13,043 nt of DNA from Meiothermus sp. (GTDB lineage: Bacteria > Deinococcota > Deinococci > Deinococcales > Thermaceae), in the NCBI GenBank assembly GCA_033762915.1, contig JANRLD010000085.1, positions 1 through 13,043 of the forward strand, read 5' to 3'. The notes under the pieces are model-generated. The model made no database searches. It was given only the letters and a program-made list of their open reading frames with translations, and had not been told where the DNA came from. Positions 7,636 through 13,043 of this stretch are shown piece after piece. Position numbers and translations under genes: made by a program. How positions within the stretch are numbered: the first letter of the stretch is position 1; each line of letters opens with the position of its first letter.

Positions 7636-7691
7636 CTCGGTGTGAGGGCGGGCGAAGTTTACAGGTGCCCGGCGAGGCCGACCGCCAATAG

Positions 7692-7728
7692 AAAAAGCCC
7701 CCTACCCAGGAGGAGGGGGGAAGGGGGC
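7692..7728 (-). terminator. Intrinsic terminator
   Basis: Minus strand GCCCCCTTCCC...GGGTAGGGGGC-TTTTT. Confidence 0.7.
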
Positions 7729-7734
7729 GCGAAC

Positions 7735-7856
7735 AGGGCGCGGCGCTGGGTGTTTCAAGCCGACCTTGCAGTTTCGGCGCACAACGCGGCGCGGGTGGTC
7801 CCTGCCGGCCACATAGTCGGGATGCCGTCCGGTAGACCAGTCCCTCGCCGCGGCGC
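7735..7856 (-). ncRNA. ssrS: Probable 6S RNA
   Basis: Nested rod-like pairing: GCGGCG/CGCCGC, CUGG/CCAG, a central bubble, CCGACU/GGUCGG, GCAG/CUGC. The 3' side GCC..AAACUGC..CUUGAA resembles the conserved 6S segment. A terminator follows directly. Ends are approximate. Confidence 0.55.
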
Positions 7857-7861
7857 ATCAC

Positions 7862-8638
7862 CTAGATTCGGCGATCGCTGCGCTGGGGTGGGGTGCTGGG
7901 TGGGTTCTGGGCCTGTTCGGCGGCGGAGCGGGCCGCCTCGCGCAACCGGGGGGCGTTCTCCTTGCCGCTCTGATACCAGTTACGCACAATCTCTCCAGCC
8001 GTGTCTCGCCCGCCAAGACCGAAGGCCAGGGCCAGCGCCAGCGCGGTTCCACCCACCACGGCAGTGAAGAGGGTGTTTATCAGCCCGCTGGCTATACCCA
8101 GCTGGTTAATCGCCACCACAATCCCGAAAGCCCAGACCGCCACGCGGGCGATGTTGGCGATGAGATGGGGGTCGCCCACCCTGGCCGTCGCGGTAGCGCC
8201 GCGCACCAGTCCGGCCACCGCATTGGCGGCCAGACCGGCTGCCACCAGCACCACCAGCGCAACCACCAGGTTGGGCAGCCAAGCCAGGAATTGGTTGAGG
8301 ATGTTCGAAACGCCGGACAAACCCAGAGCGTCGAAGGCCACAACCAGCACCACAATGCGGATGGCCCATTTGGCGATGTCGGCCAGGAAGCGACTGCCGT
8401 CCATGTTCAATCCAGCATTGCGGATAAAGCCGGTTATCCCGGCCCGGTCTGAGAGCTCATTGAAACGCACCGAGCGCAGCAGTGAGGCCACTACGTTGGA
8501 GATAGGACCGGCCAGCCACCAGCCGATCAGCAGGATGAGGAGAAAGGCCAGGATCGCGGGTAGCGCCCCGATGATCTGGTTGAGCGCGTTGGAGGCGCTC
8601 ACCAGAAACGCTTGACCCCAGTTCTCGATGGTCTGCAT
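7862..8638 (-). CDS. CmpX-like TM-helix-repeat membrane protein (MscS-related N-terminal TM domain)
   Basis: Two repeats of LPxxxxxLxxLxxG, plus ALALALAFGLGGRD. RBS GGAGGT. No cytoplasmic MscS cage domain. Confidence 0.85.
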   Translation of the reverse strand: MQTIENWGQAFLVSASNALNQIIGALPAILAFLLILLIGWWLAGPISNVVASLLRSVRFNELSDRAGITGFIRNAGLNMDGSRFLADIAKWAIRIVVLVVAFDALGLSGVSNILNQFLAWLPNLVVALVVLVAAGLAANAVAGLVRGATATARVGDPHLIANIARVAVWAFGIVVAINQLGIASGLINTLFTAVVGGTALALALAFGLGGRDTAGEIVRNWYQSGKENAPRLREAARSAAEQAQNPPSTPPQRSDRRI

Positions 8639-8828
8639 AGATTACCTCCCCGGCATCTTGACCAGAGGCCATGAGCGGGTGCTGTCCGGCGACTGAGCCT
8701 GTTCTGAGTAAGTTTCACGTGAGTCTCCGGAGTGACCCCGCGCGGCCCGGCATGCGGCGCCCACGGGAAGGTGCCTTCGCGCTACTGACCAATCTGTAGT
8801 GGTTCCCGACTGTCCAGACCTCGAGCAG

Positions 8829-8839
8829 TAATATCTCCT
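8829..8839 (+). promoter_or_regulatory. Candidate leaderless promoter (-10 TAATAT) for the antiporter
   Basis: TAATAT-ctcct-ATG with no Shine-Dalgarno. Confidence 0.45.
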
Positions 8840-10900
8840 ATGCCCTATCGCCTTGCCCTGGTGCTCTTCGCCCTCGCCCCGTCGGCCCGCGCGGCGGGCG
8901 AGGCCCCAGCGTTTTTCACCGAACTCTCGATCCTGATCGTTGTTAGTGCAGTGATCGCCTTTGTATCGTTTAGGGTCGGGCTGGTGCCCATCGTAAGCTT
9001 CCTGCTGGCTGGGGTGGTTATCGGCCCCAACGCGCTGGGCCTGGTGCGCGACCCCGAGATCATCAACGCCGCTGCTGAGATCGGGGTGGTGCTGTTGCTG
9101 TTCACCATCGGGATTGAGTTCAGCCTGGACCGGCTGGCCCGCATCGCCCGGCTGATCTTCGTGGGGGGCGGATTGCAGGTGGGGCTTTCGGTCGTGATCA
9201 CCACCGGGCTGCTGGCCTTTTTCGGGGTGGACTGGCACGAGGGGGTGTTCACCGGCTGCTTGATCGCGCTCTCCTCCACCGCCATCGTGATGAAGCTGCT
9301 TTCCGACCGGGGCGAGACCAACAGCGCGGCGGGACAGGCCAGCCTGGGCATACTCATCTTCCAGGACCTGGCCGTGGTGGCGATGGTGCTGGTGATCCCG
9401 ATGCTGGGAACCGGCGGCGGGAGCAGCCTCGACATTCTTTGGGCATTCGCCAAGGCCGGGGGCATCATCGTGCTGGTGCTGACCCTGGCCCGGCGGGTGA
9501 TCCCGGGGTTCCTCGAGTTGGTGGCCCGCACCTGCTCCCGAGAGATCTTCTTGCTGGTAGTGATCGGGCTGTGCTTCGGTACGGCCTACCTGACCAGCCT
9601 GGCGGGCCTGAGCCTTGCGCTGGGGGCCTTTCTGGCGGGTCTGCTGGTGAGCGAGAGCCGCTTCGGGCAGCAAGCGCTGGGTGAGATTCTGCCACTGCAA
9701 ATCCTCTTTAGCGCGGCCTTTTTCATCTCGGTGGGGCTGCTCTTCGACCTGGGCTTTGTCTTCGCCAACCTCGGACTTGTGGTGCTGGCCCTGTTGGCCG
9801 TCCTGGTGCTCAAGACCCTGGTGACCTCTGCCAGCGCCAGGGTGCTGGGCTACCCGCTGGGGGTCTCGGCACAAGTGGGCCTGTTGCTGGCCCAGGTGGG
9901 GGAGTTTTCCTTTGTCCTCGAGCGCACCGGCCGCGAGGCCGGGCTAAATGCTTTCGGCTCCGAGACCGGCAGCTCGACCTTCATCGCCCTCACGGTGATC
10001 CTGATGGCGGCGACGCCCTTCCTGGCCAGCCTGGGGGCGCGGCTACGCGAGAGGTCGGGGGCCAGTGCGGCCCTGGAGAGCCAACCCGAGGTAGTTCACG
10101 GCGCTTTCGACCACCTGCAAGGCCACGTGATTCTGGCGGGCTACGGCTCATACGCCCGAAAGCTGGCCTTCGCATTGCAAAAGGCCGAGGTGCCTTTCCT
10201 GATCCTTACCCTCTCGCCCGACGGGGCCAACGAAGCAGAAGCCTCTGGCTATCCGGTGTTGCGCGGCGACTACTCCAACCCGCACATTCTCGAGCTGGCC
10301 GCAACCAGCCGGGCCGCCCTGTTCGTGATAGCCGACGACGAGCCGGCCATGATCCACCGTGTGACCTCGGTGGTGCGGGGCAACCTGCCCGACCTAAAGA
10401 TCATCGCCCGCACGCGCTTCGCTGAGGAACTCGAGGAAGCCCACGGCCTACACCTGGTGGTCGAGGAGGAGCACAGCAGCCTCGAGCTGATGCGGCAGGT
10501 GCTGGGCCGCTTCGACAAGGCGGCGGGCGTGGAGACCTATCTCAACATCGCCTTGCGCCAGCAGGCCGAGGGAAGGCAGCAGGCGCGGGCAGAGGCCCCG
10601 CAAGTGGCGGCTCGAGTGTTTGCCCTCACTGAGGAAGAGATCGCCCGGGGGCAGTGCAGCCACACCGAGTGGGCCAAGGAGACCACCGTCACCACCAACG
10701 TCTGCGCCGACTGCGTGGCTTTGGGGGATAGCTGGGTGCACCTGCGGGTCTGCCTGACCTGCGGCTATGTGGGCTGTTGCGACGACTCCAAAAACAAGCA
10801 CGCCACCGCCCACTTTAGGGGCACCGGCCACCCTCTAATCAAGAGCCTCGAGAAGGGCGACACCTGGACCTGGTGCTACGTGGATCAGAAGATTCTTTAG
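8840..10900 (+). CDS. CPA2 (Kef-type) cation:proton antiporter with RCK/TrkA-N domain and C-terminal UBP-type zinc finger
   Basis: AEIGVVLLLFTIGIE, LSSTAIV, LIFQD, LGAFLAG and QVGEFSFV motifs. RCK domain VILAGYGSYA..GD. C-terminal CSH..CADC..WVHLRVCLTCGYVGCCDDS..HATAHF..HP..WTWCY. Confidence 0.92.
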   Translation: MPYRLALVLFALAPSARAAGEAPAFFTELSILIVVSAVIAFVSFRVGLVPIVSFLLAGVVIGPNALGLVRDPEIINAAAEIGVVLLLFTIGIEFSLDRLARIARLIFVGGGLQVGLSVVITTGLLAFFGVDWHEGVFTGCLIALSSTAIVMKLLSDRGETNSAAGQASLGILIFQDLAVVAMVLVIPMLGTGGGSSLDILWAFAKAGGIIVLVLTLARRVIPGFLELVARTCSREIFLLVVIGLCFGTAYLTSLAGLSLALGAFLAGLLVSESRFGQQALGEILPLQILFSAAFFISVGLLFDLGFVFANLGLVVLALLAVLVLKTLVTSASARVLGYPLGVSAQVGLLLAQVGEFSFVLERTGREAGLNAFGSETGSSTFIALTVILMAATPFLASLGARLRERSGASAALESQPEVVHGAFDHLQGHVILAGYGSYARKLAFALQKAEVPFLILTLSPDGANEAEASGYPVLRGDYSNPHILELAATSRAALFVIADDEPAMIHRVTSVVRGNLPDLKIIARTRFAEELEEAHGLHLVVEEEHSSLELMRQVLGRFDKAAGVETYLNIALRQQAEGRQQARAEAPQVAARVFALTEEEIARGQCSHTEWAKETTVTTNVCADCVALGDSWVHLRVCLTCGYVGCCDDSKNKHATAHFRGTGHPLIKSLEKGDTWTWCYVDQKIL

Positions 10901-10962
10901 GCCCGAATAGGTGGGCTCGAGCTTGGGGCCTCGAGGCCTCAACCCGACCCTGCCGAGAGCCG

Positions 10963-10991
10963 TTGAGGATTTGAGGGCTTACTGCTACACT
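10963..10991 (+). promoter_or_regulatory. Sigma-70 promoter for the tRNA
   Basis: TTGAGG (10963-10968), 17-nt spacer, TACACT (10986-10991), with an extended -10 TG at 10983-10984. Confidence 0.7.
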
Positions 10992-11018
10992 AAATCGCCC
11001 TCGAGGTCGGGGGTTTGC

Positions 11019-11095
11019 GGGCCGTTAGCTCAGTCGGTTAGAGCACGGGACTCATAATCTCATGGTCGGGGGTTCAAGTCCCTCACGGCCCACCA
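11019..11095 (+). tRNA. tRNA with CAU anticodon, most likely tRNA-Ile2 (lysidine)
   Basis: 77-nt cloverleaf GGGCCGT/ACGGCCC-A-CCA; anticodon CAT at 11053-11055; TTCAAGT T-loop. G1-C72 is paired, so it is not the initiator. C4-G69 and C5-G68 are TilS determinants, favouring Ile2 over elongator Met. Confidence 0.93.
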
Positions 11096-11115
11096 GAAAG
11101 AAGTCCAGGACAAAG

Positions 11116-11145
11116 AAAAACAGGGGTTAATCACCCCTGTTTTTT
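11116..11145. terminator. Bidirectional intrinsic terminator between tRNA and integrase
   Basis: AAAAA-CAGGGGT-TAATC-ACCCCTG-TTTTTT. Confidence 0.88.
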
Positions 11146-11175
11146 GATTCATACCGACCAGACACCGACTAGGGT

Positions 11176-12390
11176 CTAGTTGAGGCGCTTATCCGACTTG
11201 ATTTGGGGGTTACTCAGGAGGCCCGCGATCCTTGTGGCTGCCTGCAGGTGCTGTGCTACGTCTGGGTGTACATACACAGAGGCAGTAAACGCAGCGGTAG
11301 CATGCCCAGCCCGCTGGCTGGCGGTCTTGAGGTCTCCCCCGCTGTGGAGGTCGAGGGTGATGTTGGTGTGCCTCATGTCGTGGAAGCGGATCAGGCTTAC
11401 CCCAGCCTTCTTGAGCAGCGGCAGCCACTCCCGATTGTAGAAGTTGCTGGGGTGCCAGGGTTGGTGCAAGGGGGTCAGGAATACGTAATCATTGGGTTCG
11501 GGGGTGTAGCCCTTGGCGATCAGGACTTCCCGCTCGGCTTCGAGGTTGGCCTTGTGAACCATAAGCATGTCCCAAACCCCCACAGGTAAGACCACAGGCC
11601 GCCTTGAGCGGTGGGTCTTCGGGCTGAGGTCTAAAACCTTTGACCCGCTATTGACCCGGTTGTTGACCACCCGGAGGGCTACATAACGCCCCACCTTGGG
11701 GTCAGGATGCTCCTCGAGGGATATAGCACTCCACTTCAAGCCCAGCAACTCACCCTTGCGAAAGGAACCCAGCAGGGCCAGGTAGTATAGGGCAAACAGG
11801 CGATCATGGGCGGCAAAGGTAAGGAAGTCACGGGCCTCGGTCACCGTCCAGACCTTTGCCTCATAGGGCTCCCGCTCGCGGGGTAGCTCGGCATCTTCGG
11901 CAGGGTTAGACAGGATGATCTTTCCTCGCTTGGCCTGCTTCAAGGCCCCATATAGCGGGACATGGCACTGCTTTATGGTGTTGCGCTTAAGGCCAGAACG
12001 AGCTAGGGCGCGGTAAAAGTCCTCGAGGTGGTAAACCTCGAGCTTTTGTACCAGCATCTTGCCCAGCTTGGGGATGATGTGGTTGTGGACGGCGGTGCTG
12101 TAGCAGTAGTGGGTGGTGGGCTTGACCTCGCTTTGTTTGCCCTCAAGCCAGTTGAGCATGAGGGCTTCTACGGTAAGTTTCTCAGGCTGGGGAAGTCCAC
12201 CAAGGCCGTACTGGGCCAGCAAAAGGGTCTTTTTCTTGACCACCTCGGCCTCGGTCTTGCCGTAGATGCTCTTCCGGAGTCGCTTTCCGTTGTGGTAGCC
12301 CAAAGCAACCTGAGCCTCATATGAACCATCCGCACGGCGGCGGATATGAGCTTCGCCATGGGCCTTGCGGGTGCCTCTATTGTTGGGCAT
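11176..12390 (-). CDS. int: Tyrosine recombinase/integrase (phage/ICE type)
   Basis: N-terminal arm-binding-like HGEAHIRRRADG..RKSIYGKT and a SAM-like core-binding region. Catalytic R (FRKGE), K (PKT), HxxR (FHDMRH), H (AGH) and Y (VY) present. RBS GAGGTGG. Confidence 0.95.
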   Translation of the reverse strand: MPNNRGTRKAHGEAHIRRRADGSYEAQVALGYHNGKRLRKSIYGKTEAEVVKKKTLLLAQYGLGGLPQPEKLTVEALMLNWLEGKQSEVKPTTHYCYSTAVHNHIIPKLGKMLVQKLEVYHLEDFYRALARSGLKRNTIKQCHVPLYGALKQAKRGKIILSNPAEDAELPREREPYEAKVWTVTEARDFLTFAAHDRLFALYYLALLGSFRKGELLGLKWSAISLEEHPDPKVGRYVALRVVNNRVNSGSKVLDLSPKTHRSRRPVVLPVGVWDMLMVHKANLEAEREVLIAKGYTPEPNDYVFLTPLHQPWHPSNFYNREWLPLLKKAGVSLIRFHDMRHTNITLDLHSGGDLKTASQRAGHATAAFTASVYVHPDVAQHLQAATRIAGLLSNPQIKSDKRLN

Positions 12391-12613
12391 CTCGAACCAC
12401 CTCGAGCACGTCGTTGGGTTCCACCCGCTTTTGGGTAATGGTCTCCAAGCCTTGGATGACAGCAGCTAGGGTGCTGAAGTCCATGCGGATGAGCTTGCCC
12501 CCGGTGATGTCATAGACGGTCTTACGGGAAAGCCCTGAAGCCTTCCACAAGGCATAAGGGGTCTTCTGGTGTATGTCGAGATACTCCTTGACCTTCCACT
12601 TCACCCTAATCAC
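12377..12613 (-). CDS. XRE/Cro-C1 family HTH regulator
   Basis: WKVKEYL..TPYALWKASGLSRKTVYDI..DFSTLAAVI pattern. Overlaps int by 14 bp. Start uncertain (GTG 12613 or 12604, near AGGAG; ORF track starts at 12640). Confidence 0.85.
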   Translation of the reverse strand: MIRVKWKVKEYLDIHQKTPYALWKASGLSRKTVYDITGGKLIRMDFSTLAAVIQGLETITQKRVEPNDVLEVVRDAQQ

Positions 12614-12663
12614 TCTCCTATCTTGGGGCTTATTACCCACTTCGGGGTATTACTACATATCAA

Positions 12664-12709
12664 TACATTACACCATTTGTTTACATATGTATACGTATGG
12701 TGGAATATA
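12664..12709. promoter_or_regulatory. AT-rich imperfect palindrome, candidate operator/promoter of xre-int
   Basis: 18 of 23 positions pair around a central TACATATGTA, including CACCAT/ATGGTG. Confidence 0.6.
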
Positions 12710-12788
12710 GGGCAGCAAAAAATCAAACGCAACAACGAGTGAAAGTCCTTGGCGGCTCGAAAAGAACAAACATCTAAGCCTGGTAGGA

Positions 12789-13043
12789 TCATGCAGCACG
12801 CCCCCTCTGGCTCAGATTTGGGTTACCAAAAGTAACCAGTGGCTTAAGCTTGGCTCCCTCTGTTCCACCCCATAGCAAGCTAACTGTGATGCTGTGTGCT
12901 GGGGGGAGTTGAGAGGCAAGGCGCACGAGGACAGCCCTCAAGATGGCCTCTTGGGTGGTTGCACGGCAGGGGTAGAGGACAGACTCGAGGTCGAGGTCTC
13001 GCCTGGTAGGTATGAGCAGACGGGGATAGAGCACCTCCCCATC
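12789..13043 (-). CDS. Hypothetical protein of the integrated element, probably 5'-truncated by the window edge
   Basis: Frame is open to the window end (DGEVLYPR...); no recognisable motif. Confidence 0.45.
   Translation of the reverse strand, partial: DGEVLYPRLLIPTRRDLDLESVLYPCRATTQEAILRAVLVRLASQLPPAHSITVSLLWGGTEGAKLKPLVTFGNPNLSQRGRAA

Larger units (their letters stand above)
11096..13043. mobile_element. End of an integrated element (prophage/ICE/IME) inserted at the tRNA; continues beyond the window
   Basis: Integrase stops 80 bp from the tRNA 3' end and points toward it. It is preceded by an XRE gene, and GC content is visibly lower than in the flanking genes. Confidence 0.8.

Noticed and set aside
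7595..7861. 88-aa ORF downstream of the CmpX-like gene
   Set aside because: It runs through a terminator and the 6S-like structure, and its composition is not protein-like.
11019..11095. Initiator tRNA-fMet
   Set aside because: Position 1-72 is G-C paired and the anticodon stem lacks three consecutive G-C pairs.

Overview
GC-rich window, probably from a Meiothermus/Calidithermus-type member of Deinococcota. This is inferred from the Thermus-like HemC fold, candidate leaderless promoters and about 49 CTCGAG sites. Left to right: an inverted pair of REP-like hairpins; a HemC homolog whose key catalytic residues are all substituted; a minus-strand block (P-loop kinase, LysE/RhtB exporter, TPR-HD-GYP phosphodiesterase, subtilase lipoprotein, truncated duplicate of the TPR gene, V4R-like protein); a repeat-rich intergenic region with a probable 6S RNA; a CmpX-like membrane protein; a CPA2/Kef antiporter fused to a UBP-type zinc finger; and tRNA-Ile2(CAU) followed by one end of an integrated element (tyrosine integrase, XRE regulator). 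The best candidate for a new system is the subtilase + TPR-HD-GYP pair. The protease carries four tandem NGA(S/N)FWQ heptapeptides at its prodomain/catalytic junction and lies 14 bp upstream of a cytoplasmic TPR receptor-like c-di-GMP phosphodiesterase. This suggests peptide signalling in which the signal is encoded inside its own processing protease. That function is a hypothesis; no database searches were run.
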